In this document: positions 25,022-34,460 of the stretch, one piece after another
How positions within the stretch are numbered: position 1 is the stretch's first letter
Layout: each line of letters starts with the position of its first letter
DNA from: Christensenellales bacterium
Lineage (GTDB): Bacteria > Bacillota > Clostridia > Christensenellales > CAG-138
DNA: 64,000 bases
Direction of reading: 5' to 3'
NCBI GenBank assembly: GCA_045114775.1
Contig: JBGULC010000023.1
Location: 17,364-81,363, forward strand
Position numbers and translations under genes: made by a program
The notes under the pieces: model-generated
Database searches by the model: none
What the model was told of the DNA's origin: nothing
The model's input: the letters and a program-made list of their open reading frames with translations, nothing else

Positions 25022-26494
25022 TTACTCGGCGGAGCGGATTAAAAGCACCGGCGTACCCTCTTGGATCGGCTCACTCAGCGTCGGGTTGCACGCTTTGACC
25101 CGCGCGGTCGGAACGCCGAAGCGCTTGCCGATCGAAAACAACGTTTCGTCCGGATCGCAGAACCATACGAGCATGCCGCAATCCGTTTCCGGCGGCGTTC
25201 CGGGCAGCAGCTCGGGCACGCAGTCGAACGTGATCTCGCGGTACCACTCCGCTTCGATCGAGGCCGAAACGTTCAGTGCAACAGTCCGTCCGCCGCCGGA
25301 AAGCGATGCGTCGAATGTGCGGATACGAACGATCGGCAGCGTACCCCTTGCCTCCGTCTCGAACGACAGCGGCAGTTCGTGCGTAAAGCTCTGTTTCATA
25401 CCGTCGTCATCACGATAGACGACGGTGACCGCCAGCACGCCCTCGAATACTCCCCTGCCGTCCGAAACGGTCGCACGGGTCACGGCAGGCCGCAGCGCTG
25501 CGTACAGCGGCAGATACGCGTCCTTCATGTGCGCGGGCACGGGCACCGTCTCGTTGAGCTGTACGGTCTGGTTCCACGCGCCTTCATAATTCAGTGCCTT
25601 CGCATGCCCGATCGCACAGGAAAAATCGTTTGCCGCGTCGTAAGCATCGGTCATGATGCGCTGCGTGTCCGCAGTACAGCCATAGACCCCGATCGACAGT
25701 GCAGCGTCGACCGTCGCCGTTCCCTCGTCCTCGGGCGAGACCGAAAGCGAGGTCAGCGTCGCTGTTGCGAACGCGTTCTCCCCCGGCTCGCAGGCGATCA
25801 CGTCGGAAAACGGGACCGAATACTGTTCTCTTTTGATTCCGCCATCCGCACTGCCGTACAGCACGCAAAGCTTCAGCTCGCCCTGCGGAAGCATCCCTTC
25901 CGTGCTCTTCACAAGCCCGTTGACGACGGGCGTCGCGGAAGCCCTGATCACGGTCATGCCGCGCGGCGCGTCGATCGGCTCGCTCATGCGAAGGCTGTGC
26001 GCGCCGAGCAGCGTGCGTTTTTTCAGCGTCACCGACGTCGTGCGGATCTCCGCGTCCTTTGCGTCGTCAAGCCCCGTGACACACGGAATCTGCACCGGCT
26101 GAAAGATCGCGGTACGAAGCTGTACCGTCGCCTGCATTCTGAGGCCCCCGTCCTCGCGCTTCAGGCTGCACGCCGGGATCTCTGCGGATACCCGCGCGGT
26201 CATATCCGGCGTCACGCCCTCCATGCGGATCGTGTGCGAAAACTCCGCCGCCGCTTCGAAAGCATACGGCAGCCGTTCCGCCGATTCGACCGTGGGTTTC
26301 AAGGTCATTGTCCCCGTGACGACGACCGCGCCGTCGCGACAGCTGATCTCCCCCACCGTCGCTTCGCTTTCGGCGGAAAGCACCCGCTCAAGCGCCTTCC
26401 CCTGCGGAAGCGGGATCGCGCTCTCCATCTGCGCCTCCGCCACCGTCTCCCCGAACAGCGTTTCCGTCAAAAGCGTCGTTTTTCGTATCTCCAT
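25022..26494 (-). CDS. DUF3794-repeat protein with C-terminal LysM domain (SipL-like spore morphogenesis protein)
   Basis: The C-terminus ETLFSIGKRFGVPTARVKACNP is a LysM domain. The architecture matches clostridial SipL as I recall it. ATG 26494 lies 9 nt after SD AAGGAG. Confidence 0.6.
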   Translation of the reverse strand: MEIRKTTLLTETLFGETVAEAQMESAIPLPQGKALERVLSAESEATVGEISCRDGAVVVTGTMTLKPTVESAERLPYAFEAAAEFSHTIRMEGVTPDMTARVSAEIPACSLKREDGGLRMQATVQLRTAIFQPVQIPCVTGLDDAKDAEIRTTSVTLKKRTLLGAHSLRMSEPIDAPRGMTVIRASATPVVNGLVKSTEGMLPQGELKLCVLYGSADGGIKREQYSVPFSDVIACEPGENAFATATLTSLSVSPEDEGTATVDAALSIGVYGCTADTQRIMTDAYDAANDFSCAIGHAKALNYEGAWNQTVQLNETVPVPAHMKDAYLPLYAALRPAVTRATVSDGRGVFEGVLAVTVVYRDDDGMKQSFTHELPLSFETEARGTLPIVRIRTFDASLSGGGRTVALNVSASIEAEWYREITFDCVPELLPGTPPETDCGMLVWFCDPDETLFSIGKRFGVPTARVKACNPTLSEPIQEGTPVLLIRSAE

Positions 26495-26622
26495 GTCGAA
26501 CACTCCTTTTTGATCTTCTCTCGAAAAGATATGCGCCGAATACTGAAAACTTGCTTTTTGCTTGCGTTTTTTCGGAAGATCCTATATAATGATATTCGGA
26601 AAAGATTGCGGGAGGCAACGAA

Positions 26623-26973
26623 ATGGCAACAAAGCTGCGCTATACGCTGATGCTGCGTGTGTACGGTGAGGAGAAGATTTTCGGGCCCGGCATTGCAGAG
26701 CTCCTTGAGCGCGTCGATGAAACACACTCGCTCCGGAAGGCAACGATGGATATGGGCATGGCGTATTCGAAGGCGTGGCGTATCGTCAGGACCGCGGAGA
26801 ACGCCCTGGGCTTTCCGCTGCTCGATTCCACCGTCGGCGGCAAGGGCGGCGGCAGCGCGTTTCTCACCGACCGCGGACGGCAGTTTCTCTCCGCGTACCG
26901 GCGGTTTGAATCGGTCGTGCACGACTATGCCGACGAAATATTCGAGGAGTTATTCGGGGAGGATTCGGAATGA
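26623..26973 (+). CDS. Small winged-HTH regulator, ModE N-terminal/LysR-HTH type, without Mop domains
   Basis: SLRKATMDMGMAYSKAWRIV..GGKGGGSAFLT fits the ModE_N pattern. 116 aa. Confidence 0.6.
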   Translation: MATKLRYTLMLRVYGEEKIFGPGIAELLERVDETHSLRKATMDMGMAYSKAWRIVRTAENALGFPLLDSTVGGKGGGSAFLTDRGRQFLSAYRRFESVVHDYADEIFEELFGEDSE

Positions 26974-27800
26974 AGTTTTATAAGGTACACGGACTCGGGA
27001 ACGATTTCGTGCTGTTCGACGGCAGAGACGTCGAAAACGTCGACTGGAACAAGCTGACCGTAAAGGTCTGCGACCGCCACACCGGGATCGGCGCGGACGG
27101 TACGCTGATCCTTCTGAACTCCGCGATCGCGGACATTCGGATGCGCATCATCAATGCGGACGGCAGCGAAGCCGAAATGTGCGGCAACGGCATCCGCGCG
27201 TTCTCGCGCTACTGCTTTGAGAACGGCGTCGTGCATGGTACGGAATTCTCGGTCGAAACCGGCGCGGGGATCATGCGTCCGCGCATTATCCTGAAGAACG
27301 GTCGCGTCGACGGCGTACGCGTCGACATGGGCGAGCCGCTGCTTGACGCGAAGGACGTCCCCGTCAAGGTCGATGGCCGCGCGATCGGTCTTTTGCTGAT
27401 CGAGAACGATCGTACGTTCTCCTATACCGCAGTGCGCGTCGGCGTACCGCACACGATCGTATTCGTCGATCCTCTGGACGAATCGGATGTGCCGAAGTAC
27501 GGACCGCTCATCGAGCATGATCCGCTGTTTCCCGAACGCACGAACGTCGATTTCGTCGAGGTGCTCTCCCGCGAGCGCGTGAAGATGCGTACCTGGGAAC
27601 GCGGCTGCGGCTGCACGCTCGCCTGCGGGACAGGCGCGTGCTCCGCGGCGGTCGCCTGCGCGTTGAACGATAAGACCGGCCGCACCGTGGCGGTCGAAAT
27701 CGAGCTCGGTACGCTGCTGATCGAATGGTCGGAGACCGACAACCACGTCTACATGACCGGTCCCGCGGAGATCGTCTTCTCCGGGATCTGGAACAATTGA
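26970..27800 (+). CDS. dapF: Diaminopimelate epimerase
   Basis: KVHGLGNDFV and CGNGIR active-site motifs. 276 aa. Confidence 0.9.
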   Translation: MKFYKVHGLGNDFVLFDGRDVENVDWNKLTVKVCDRHTGIGADGTLILLNSAIADIRMRIINADGSEAEMCGNGIRAFSRYCFENGVVHGTEFSVETGAGIMRPRIILKNGRVDGVRVDMGEPLLDAKDVPVKVDGRAIGLLLIENDRTFSYTAVRVGVPHTIVFVDPLDESDVPKYGPLIEHDPLFPERTNVDFVEVLSRERVKMRTWERGCGCTLACGTGACSAAVACALNDKTGRTVAVEIELGTLLIEWSETDNHVYMTGPAEIVFSGIWNN

Positions 27801-27934
27801 TCCGCTTTGCCCGTGCGCTGCGCGGGCTTTTTTGCAACCAAAGAGCACGACGCGCGGTATACTATACAGAAAATGTAACATTTTCCGACTCTGAACTGTC
27901 TGTATGATGAAAACATGAAAAGGAGAGAACCGTT

Positions 27935-28930
27935 ATGAAAAAAATCGTCCCGATCGTGATCGCCGTTCTGCTGCTGCTCTGCACGGCGATCGGCTGCTCA
28001 AGCAAAGTGGCCGCGCGCGAAGAAAACGCCTCGTACGCCGCGGATTCCAACTACGAGTATGCAACTGCGCCGGAGGCCCAACCGGAGCCCGCAGAGTACG
28101 CCTACGGAGTAAACGGCGAAGCAAAGCCGGTATCGAACCCGTCCCCGGCGCTTTCCAACCGCAAGATCATCCGCAACGCGGATATGAGCGTGGAGACCCT
28201 TACCTTTGACGCGTTTATCGAAAAACTGACCGACGCCGTCGGCACGATCGGCGGATATGTGGAATCCAGCAGCACCGGCAACCGCGTTTACCGCGGCGAT
28301 CATCCGCTCCGCTATGCGCGCTATACAATCCGTATCCCCGCGGAGCAGCTCGACGCGTTTCTGAACACCGTCTCCGAGCTTGGCAACGTCACCTCGATGA
28401 ACACCGGCCTCAGGGACGTCACCACAAACTATGTCGACTCCGAGAAGCACCTTGAATCGCTTCGCATCGAGCAGGAAGCGCTGATGGAGATCCTTGCACA
28501 GGCAACGACCGTCGAGGACATCATCACGGTGCAGGATCGGCTGACCTATGTGCGCTACGAGATCGAATCCTATGAGGCGATCCTGCGCACCTATGACGAC
28601 CAGATCGCGCTCTCCTCCGTGACCCTTTCCGTCAACGAGGTCGAGCGCGAAACGCCGGTCGAGGAGGAAACCTTCGGGCAGGAGGTCTCCCGCCGGTTCA
28701 AGGAGAGCCTTGAGGATCTCGTCGACGGCTTCATCGACTTCGCCTCGTGGCTGCTCGGCAACGCGCCGGTCATCCTTGCCGTCCTGATCTTCTTCGTCGG
28801 GCTCCCGCTGCTCATCGTCCTGCTGTGCGTCCGCAGCGGCAAAAAGCGCCGTGCAAAGAGACGGGAAGCTGCGCTCCGCGCAAAGCAGGAGGCCGAAGCG
28901 AAAGCCGCGCCGAAGAATCCCGAAGCATAA
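27935..28930 (+). CDS. DUF4349-like lipoprotein with C-terminal TM anchor
   Basis: Lipobox AIGC, a coiled-coil central part, and a C-terminal hydrophobic helix plus basic tail. Confidence 0.6.
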   Translation: MKKIVPIVIAVLLLLCTAIGCSSKVAAREENASYAADSNYEYATAPEAQPEPAEYAYGVNGEAKPVSNPSPALSNRKIIRNADMSVETLTFDAFIEKLTDAVGTIGGYVESSSTGNRVYRGDHPLRYARYTIRIPAEQLDAFLNTVSELGNVTSMNTGLRDVTTNYVDSEKHLESLRIEQEALMEILAQATTVEDIITVQDRLTYVRYEIESYEAILRTYDDQIALSSVTLSVNEVERETPVEEETFGQEVSRRFKESLEDLVDGFIDFASWLLGNAPVILAVLIFFVGLPLLIVLLCVRSGKKRRAKRREAALRAKQEAEAKAAPKNPEA

Positions 28931-28944
28931 CCCAAAACGCAAAA

Positions 28945-28973
28945 GAAGCGACCCGACGGGCCGCTTCTTTTTT
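28945..28973 (+). terminator. Intrinsic terminator
   Basis: GAAGCGACCC-GAC-GGGCCGCTTC stem followed by T6. Confidence 0.65.
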
Positions 28974-28981
28974 ATCTGTCT

Positions 28982-29608
28982 TTACGAGTTCTGTTCGGCT
29001 TCCTTGCGCGCCTTGTTGCGCTTGCGGATCAGCATCAGCACGTACCAGAGGATGACCAACACCTGGAACACGGCGGCGCACATAAACAGCATGGCGACGT
29101 GCTTCATGCCCGCGATCGCCACGAAAGAGATGTAGATCGCGCCGCAAAGAGTCCAGACGAGGCCGGTCACCGAAAGCGCCTGCCATAAAAGGCTGCTCCA
29201 CATATGACTGAACACCACAAGCAGAATCATGCTCACCGGCACGGCGTACACGAACGCCAGCCAGCCCACCTTTACCTGTGCAAGATAGCAGACGAAGAAG
29301 CCGATCGCGGCGACAAAGAACGCAAGCCCGATCGAGATCAGCGTGATGATGATATGGCGGCTCTTCTGCTCCGCCTGCGAACGGACCAAAGGCCCCTCGC
29401 GCAAGAACGCGTCGAGCGGAACGTCATAAAGATCGGCAAGTCTGCACAGGACCAAAAGGTCCGGCATGCCGTCCCCGCGCTCCCACTTCGAGATGGATTT
29501 ATCCGAGTAGTTCAGCTTCTCGGCAAGCTCCGCCTGCGTCATCCCCGCACGTTTCCGATATGCGACGAGCTTCTCCGCAAGGACGGTACGGATCCTTGTT
29601 TCTTCCAT
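28982..29608 (-). CDS. Membrane-anchored XRE-family HTH regulator
   Basis: HTH_3 motif (MTQAELAEKLNYSDKSISKWERG) followed by about 4 TM helices. Start taken at ATG 29608. Confidence 0.7.
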   Translation of the reverse strand: MEETRIRTVLAEKLVAYRKRAGMTQAELAEKLNYSDKSISKWERGDGMPDLLVLCRLADLYDVPLDAFLREGPLVRSQAEQKSRHIIITLISIGLAFFVAAIGFFVCYLAQVKVGWLAFVYAVPVSMILLVVFSHMWSSLLWQALSVTGLVWTLCGAIYISFVAIAGMKHVAMLFMCAAVFQVLVILWYVLMLIRKRNKARKEAEQNS

Positions 29609-29800
29609 AAAAACCTCAAAACGCCCGTAATTCGGGGATTCTACTCTCAGTAGAGGCACTTTTTTTCTTCTCTACCGACCGCCTCCCGGGCAATAGACGC
29701 CCTTGGATCCCGGATAGGGTGCAATTCTCAAAAGATGCGTTTATTATAATGGCAGAAAGGATATATTGCAAGTGCGAATTGCGTCTAACGGAGGTCACAA

Positions 29801-30502
29801 ATGAAAAAAAACCGTGTCATTTCGATTTTCGGCGACTCGATCCTGAAGGGCGTGCGGATGCTTGCGGGCACGACGCGCTACGCCGCGACGGACGATATCG
29901 GGCTCGAATCCATTGCAAAAAGCCACGACTGGATCCTCGATAACCGCTCTCGCTTCGGCTGCACGGTGCAGAAGGGCGAGCTGCTTCTGAACCGCAAGCT
30001 TGAAAAGGGCGAAACGCCCGCCGCCGTTCTTTTGGAGTACGGCGGCAACGACGCGGACTTTCGCTGGGCCGAGGTCGCAGCGCGTCCCGACGACGAGCAC
30101 GAGCCGAACACGCCGCTGCCGGTCTTTACCGAAACGCTGCGCCGGATGATCGGCACACTTCGCGCGCACGGCGTCCGCCCCGTCCTTTCCACGCTGCCGC
30201 CGATCTCCGCGGAGCGCTACCTTGATTGGATCACGCGCAACGGACTTTCGAAGAAGAACATCCTGCGCTGGCTCGGCGACACAAACGCGATCTACCGGTA
30301 CCAGGAGAAATACTCGCATGCGATTGAGCGGCTCGCCGTCGAAACCGGCTGTATGCTCGTCGATCTCAGAAGCGCGTTTCTCGAACAGCGCACCCTGCTC
30401 CCCTATCTCTGCGCCGACGGCATCCACCCGAGCGACGCAGGGCAGCGGCTGATCCGCGAAGTGCTCAGCAAGGCCGCGGAACGGCTTCCCACGCTTATTT
30501 GA
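29801..30502 (+). CDS. SGNH/GDSL-family hydrolase
   Basis: The FGDSI block I motif is near the N-terminus. DGIHP is block V. Confidence 0.7.
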   Translation: MKKNRVISIFGDSILKGVRMLAGTTRYAATDDIGLESIAKSHDWILDNRSRFGCTVQKGELLLNRKLEKGETPAAVLLEYGGNDADFRWAEVAARPDDEHEPNTPLPVFTETLRRMIGTLRAHGVRPVLSTLPPISAERYLDWITRNGLSKKNILRWLGDTNAIYRYQEKYSHAIERLAVETGCMLVDLRSAFLEQRTLLPYLCADGIHPSDAGQRLIREVLSKAAERLPTLI

Positions 30503-30517
30503 TCCTCCATAATGCAA

Positions 30518-30548
30518 AGCGACACGGAACGCTCCGTGTCGCTGTTTT
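30518..30548 (+). terminator. Intrinsic terminator
   Basis: AGCGACACGGA-ACGC-TCCGTGTCGCT stem followed by GTTTT. Confidence 0.6.
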
Positions 30549-30559
30549 ATCGGACCGTA

Positions 30560-31738
30560 TCAATCCGCATAGTTATTGAAATAGTTCTGCACGAGGACGA
30601 TCGGCGTGCCCTTGTCGCCGCTGCCGCTCGTGAGGTCGCACAAAGAGCCGATGAGGTCGGTGAGCCGACGCGGCGTTGTGCCCTGCGAATCCATCTGTCC
30701 CTTGAGGTCCTTTTCCTTCTCGCGGATGCGGGCGCGGATCGCCGCAGTAAGCGCCTCGCCGGACAGCGCCTTGAACTCGTTGTCCGCCAGGTACTTGAGT
30801 TTCAGTTCGTTCGGAAGACCGATGAGCCCGTCGGTAAAGCCCGGAGAAACGACCGGGTCCGCGAGCTCCCAGATCTTGCCGACCGGATCCTTGAACGCGC
30901 CGTCGCCGTAGACCATCGCCTCGACACGCACGCCGGTGCGGTCCATGATCTCCTTCTGGATCGCAAACGCGACCTCGCGCGCGTTCTTCGGGAAAAGCTT
31001 CACAACGTTTTCCGTCGCCTTATTCGAGCCCAGAAGGCCATAATCGGGCTGGAAGCCGCTGCCGTTCCTGGATGTGTTCATGATGCCGCTCAGCGTCAGA
31101 ACGCGCTTTGCGCCTGCTCTCTGAATTCGCTTCGCGGTACGTTCACGCTCATGGATGTTGCTGACGAGCACGCTGTCGGTAAACTTCAGGATCGCCGTGG
31201 GATCGTTCGCCAAGATGATCTCCGCCTCCGCGCCTTCCTCCTCGATCAGCGAGCGATAATACGTAAGGTAGTTGACGCCCGTGAACGGATGGATCGGATC
31301 GCCGAACTTCTCGACGAACGCGGCTTCCGTGAACACGTCTGCGTACGGATTGACGCCTGCGTCCAGAAGCGCGTCCTCGTCGATCAGGTGATTGCCCTCC
31401 TCGTCCGCCGGATAGGAAAGCTGCACGACGATCTTCTTCGCCCCGCGCGCAATGCCGCGGAGACAGATCGCAAACCGGTTGCGGCTCATGATCGGAAAGA
31501 CCACGCCCACCGTGTCGCCGAGCTTTTCCCGCACGTCCGCGGAGATATCGTCCACCGTGCAGTAGTTGCCGTCCGCACGCGCGACGACCGCCTCGGTCAC
31601 CGCGACCACGTCGCGCTCATGCAGCGAAAAGCCGTCCGCCGCCGCCGCGTTCAGAACCGAATCCGCAACGATCTTCACAATGTCGTCGCCCTGACGGATG
31701 ATCGGCGCCTTGACGCCTCTCGAAATCGTTCCTGCCAT
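30560..31738 (-). CDS. CofE-like (F420-0:gamma-glutamyl ligase family, COG1478) protein
   Basis: The N-terminus GVKAPIIRQGDD..VVAVTEAVVA resembles the CofE family. SD GGGAGG precedes ATG 31738. Confidence 0.6.
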   Translation of the reverse strand: MAGTISRGVKAPIIRQGDDIVKIVADSVLNAAAADGFSLHERDVVAVTEAVVARADGNYCTVDDISADVREKLGDTVGVVFPIMSRNRFAICLRGIARGAKKIVVQLSYPADEEGNHLIDEDALLDAGVNPYADVFTEAAFVEKFGDPIHPFTGVNYLTYYRSLIEEEGAEAEIILANDPTAILKFTDSVLVSNIHERERTAKRIQRAGAKRVLTLSGIMNTSRNGSGFQPDYGLLGSNKATENVVKLFPKNAREVAFAIQKEIMDRTGVRVEAMVYGDGAFKDPVGKIWELADPVVSPGFTDGLIGLPNELKLKYLADNEFKALSGEALTAAIRARIREKEKDLKGQMDSQGTTPRRLTDLIGSLCDLTSGSGDKGTPIVLVQNYFNNYAD

Positions 31739-31830
31739 TCTTTTTATCCTCCCATTCGAGATATAAAAAACAAAATATACAATACAAAAAACCAGCGCAT
31801 TTGTCAAGAAAAAATTGCGTCGGCGCACAG

Positions 31831-31851
31831 AAAAAGAGCGCGAAAGCGCTC
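31831..31851 (-). terminator. Intrinsic terminator after carD
   Basis: Minus strand reads GAGCGC-TTTC-GCGCTC followed by T5. Confidence 0.6.
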
Positions 31852-31864
31852 CTTGTTCGATGGA

Positions 31865-32338
31865 TTACTCCGCGCCGACCAGCGGCAGGAAGTTGGATTC
31901 GTCCGTTTCGGTCGCCGCCGCAAGCTCCGAGACGAGCACCTGCCGCGCGGTCAGATACATCTTACGTTCACCCGCCGAAAGCCCGCGCTCGCGGTCCCGG
32001 CGCATCAGACACTTGACCACGTCCGCCACGACCATGATGTCGCCGCCGCGCAGCTTGTCGAGATTGTCGCGGTAACGCTGGTTCCAGTTGTCGCTCTCCT
32101 CTGAGCAGCCGTCCGCCTTTAGGAATCCGACGACTTTTTCGCACGTTTCTCCGTCCGCAAGCGCCCGGAGCCCGACCTCCGCGGCACGTTCCACGGGCAC
32201 CATCGCCGTCATGCGGCCGATGGTAAACCGCATGCGATAATACTGCGCGGTCTCTCCGAGTATGGTCTGTTCTTCGATCGCCTCCACCACGCCGACGCCG
32301 TGCATCGGATAGCAGACGAGATCCCCGATATGAAACAC
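31865..32338 (-). CDS. carD: CarD/CdnL-family RNA polymerase-binding regulator
   Basis: FHIGDLVCYPMHGVGVVEAIEE is typical of CarD_TRCF. The GTG start at 32338 lies 4-8 nt after SD AAGGAGGGGG. The track start (TTG 32365) would sit inside the promoter. Confidence 0.8.
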   Translation of the reverse strand: MFHIGDLVCYPMHGVGVVEAIEEQTILGETAQYYRMRFTIGRMTAMVPVERAAEVGLRALADGETCEKVVGFLKADGCSEESDNWNQRYRDNLDKLRGGDIMVVADVVKCLMRRDRERGLSAGERKMYLTARQVLVSELAAATETDESNFLPLVGAE

Positions 32339-32369
32339 GGGACCCCCTCCTTCGTATTCTCTCAAATAT

Positions 32370-32399
32370 ATTATAACGGAAAAAACAGGGCCCTGTCAA
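32370..32399 (-). promoter_or_regulatory. sigma-A promoter for carD (TTGACA-18-TATAAT); a second TTGACA box lies about 45 nt upstream
   Basis: Minus strand reads tTTGACAgggccctgttttttccgtTATAATat. Confidence 0.5.
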
Positions 32400-32453
32400 A
32401 TAAAAATTTACATTATCACAAGAATCTTTTTCTGTCAAGCAGTTTTTGAACAT

Positions 32454-32479
32454 AAAAAAAGCGCCGGAAAACCCGGTGC
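32454..32479 (-). terminator. Intrinsic terminator closing the radical-SAM operon
   Basis: Minus strand reads GCACCGG-GTTTT-CCGGCGC followed by T7, 15 nt after the rSAM stop codon. Confidence 0.6.
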
Positions 32480-32494
32480 AAACGGATCCTGCAT

Positions 32495-33574
32495 TCATTC
32501 CAGCGGATCGTCGCGGTAGTTCAGCAGGAACCGCGCGCTTTTCTTTTCGTAGAGCCGCTCCGCGAGCCCGTCCGCGATCGGAATCAGGATGCGTTCGTGC
32601 TCGCACTGCACCGGCGCGACCTCGTGCATCTTTCCGGTCAGCGAGAAGTTCAGGCAGGCGCAGTGATGGCGGCAGCGATCCGCGATCGCGCAGCCCTCGC
32701 AGTCCGGCTCCGGGTCCAGCGACGCGCGGTAGATCGCCCGCTGCTTTTCGCGGTCGATCCCGTGAAAGACGTCGCCCATGCAGTATTCCGGAACATCCAG
32801 AAACTGATTGCAGGGATAGATCCTTCCGTCCGGCGCGACCGACGGCTGCCGCATGCCGAGCTTGCATTCGAGGCACGGACGGTCATTGAGGTACGCCGAG
32901 ATCTTGGACAGAAAGTTCAGGTAATGCAGCGGCCGTTCGTCGTCGAAATGCCGCTCGCAAAGGTCTGCGATACGCGCGTACTGCCGTTCGAGCTCCGCCA
33001 TCGAATCGTCGTCCCATCCCGCGTCCGGTCGGTAGTCGATCGCCGTGTTGATCTTCGAAAACCCGCGTTCGTAAAGCCATTCGACCGACTCCGCCATGCG
33101 TCCGACCGTCGACGGCATCACGGTCTGCATCGCGACCGCCTTCGGCTGATAGGAAAGCAGCAGATCGATGATCGGCTCGAGCCGCGCCATCGTGGGGCTG
33201 CCGTCCCGTGTGACGCGCTGAGCGTCTTGCAGAAGCCCGTCGTGCGACAGGGCAATATCGAGTCTGTGTTCGTTCGCAAAGCGCAGAAACGGCTCGTCAA
33301 GAAGCGTACCGTTGGTCGTCATCTTGAAGCGCATCTCGGTGCCCGTCGCCTTCGCTTTCCCGACGGCATAGCGGCAGACGGTTTCGATCACGCCGCGTTC
33401 GAGCATCGGCTCTCCGCCGAACAGCGAAAACCCGTTTTTATCATGTCCGAACGTAAACGCAAGGTCGACGGCCTTCTTTGCCGTCTCCTCGGTCATGTGC
33501 GCTTTTCCGTGCGTTTCGTAACAGTAACGGCAGGCCAAATTACAGTCTGCCGTCAAATGCAATGTAAAATTCAT
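32495..33574 (-). CDS. Radical SAM/SPASM-domain enzyme (anSME-like architecture, no N-terminal RRE)
   Basis: CNLACRYC (CxxxCxxC) at residues 11-18. The C-terminus CEGCAIADRCRHHC is the CX2CX5CX3C SPASM signature, with further Cys residues. Its SD overlaps the stop codon of the upstream gene. Confidence 0.85.
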   Translation of the reverse strand: MNFTLHLTADCNLACRYCYETHGKAHMTEETAKKAVDLAFTFGHDKNGFSLFGGEPMLERGVIETVCRYAVGKAKATGTEMRFKMTTNGTLLDEPFLRFANEHRLDIALSHDGLLQDAQRVTRDGSPTMARLEPIIDLLLSYQPKAVAMQTVMPSTVGRMAESVEWLYERGFSKINTAIDYRPDAGWDDDSMAELERQYARIADLCERHFDDERPLHYLNFLSKISAYLNDRPCLECKLGMRQPSVAPDGRIYPCNQFLDVPEYCMGDVFHGIDREKQRAIYRASLDPEPDCEGCAIADRCRHHCACLNFSLTGKMHEVAPVQCEHERILIPIADGLAERLYEKKSARFLLNYRDDPLE

Positions 33575-33584
33575 ATCCGTCCCC

Positions 33585-34067
33585 TCACGGCATGTCGTCC
33601 GGAACCGCGATCTTGCCCATCAGCGCGGGCTCGCCCCCGCGTCCCTCCGGCTCGTCGGGCGTCGGCTCCTCCGCCGGATCGTTTTCTTCCTCCCAGGAAG
33701 GATCCGGCAGCGGCTCGCCGCCCAAAAGCGGATCGCCGTATTCGTCGCCGTACTCGTCGACCGCGATCTCCCCATCAAGAACGAGATCGTCTCCCGCCTG
33801 ACCGGCAGGCAGCTTGTCTCCGTCGCCCTCGTCGACCATCGGTTCGCCCGGTTCGACAAGATTCTCCGGCGGGATGTCCTCAATGCCGATCTCGCCGTCG
33901 AGCACCAGTTCCTCCCCGGGCGTGGGCTCCGGTATCGGAGCGCCTGCCGTCCGTGCTGCGCAGCCCGTGCCGCCGACAGCCATCAGAGCGGCGGCCGCGA
34001 GCGCCGTTCCCCGGATGAACTTCTTCGGATATTTCGGGTTGTATTGTTTGATTTTATACTGTTTCAT
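33585..34067 (-). CDS. Lipoprotein-like acidic Pro/Glu/Asp-rich protein, paralog B (160 aa), putative rSAM substrate
   Basis: MKQYKIKQYNPKYPKK, a hydrophobic LAAAALMAV core and GTGC. Three motifs: LVLDGEIGIED, LVLDGEIAVDE, ALMGKIAVPDD. SD AGGAG upstream. Confidence 0.6.
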   Translation of the reverse strand: MKQYKIKQYNPKYPKKFIRGTALAAAALMAVGGTGCAARTAGAPIPEPTPGEELVLDGEIGIEDIPPENLVEPGEPMVDEGDGDKLPAGQAGDDLVLDGEIAVDEYGDEYGDPLLGGEPLPDPSWEEENDPAEEPTPDEPEGRGGEPALMGKIAVPDDMP

Positions 34068-34082
34068 ATCGCGCTCCTGTCT

Positions 34083-34460
34083 TTACGGTTCGTCGATGAT
34101 CGCGACGTCGCCCATCAGCTCGATCTCCTCCGGCTCCGGGGTCTCCTCCGGCATGGCTACGCCGCCTGTGCGAAGATCCTCCGGCTCCGGGGTAATGTCC
34201 GGCAGCGGCGCGCCGGGCGTAACCGGCGGTTCGGGCTCCGGCGCGATATAGCCCTCAAGCCGGACCTCCTCCGGGGGAAGCGTCTGTTCGACGCCCGGCG
34301 TCGGCTCCTCCATCGGCACAATGCCGGTGGTTTGCGGCTGCCATGCCTTGCAGCCCGCAGACGTGCCGATCGTCATCAGTGCGGCAGCCGCCAGCGTCAG
34401 GCCTTTTAGGGCTTTTTTCGGATAATTCGGCTTGTAACCGGAAAGTTTTTGCTGTTTCAT
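34083..34460 (-). CDS. Lipoprotein-like acidic Pro/Glu-rich protein, paralog A (125 aa), putative rSAM substrate
   Basis: MKQQKLSGYKPNYPKK, LAAAALMTI and SAGC. Three motifs: VRLEGYIAPEP, LRTGGVAMPEE, ELMGDVAIIDEP. ATG 34460 lies 7 nt after SD AAGGAGA. Confidence 0.6.
   Translation of the reverse strand: MKQQKLSGYKPNYPKKALKGLTLAAAALMTIGTSAGCKAWQPQTTGIVPMEEPTPGVEQTLPPEEVRLEGYIAPEPEPPVTPGAPLPDITPEPEDLRTGGVAMPEETPEPEEIELMGDVAIIDEP

Noticed and set aside
32597-34018. 473-aa plus-strand ORF and 302-aa minus-strand ORF (31968-32876) overlapping the radical-SAM cluster and carD.
   Set aside because: They are out of frame or antisense to motif-bearing genes. They have extreme Arg/Pro content, and the second one runs straight through a terminator and two promoters.
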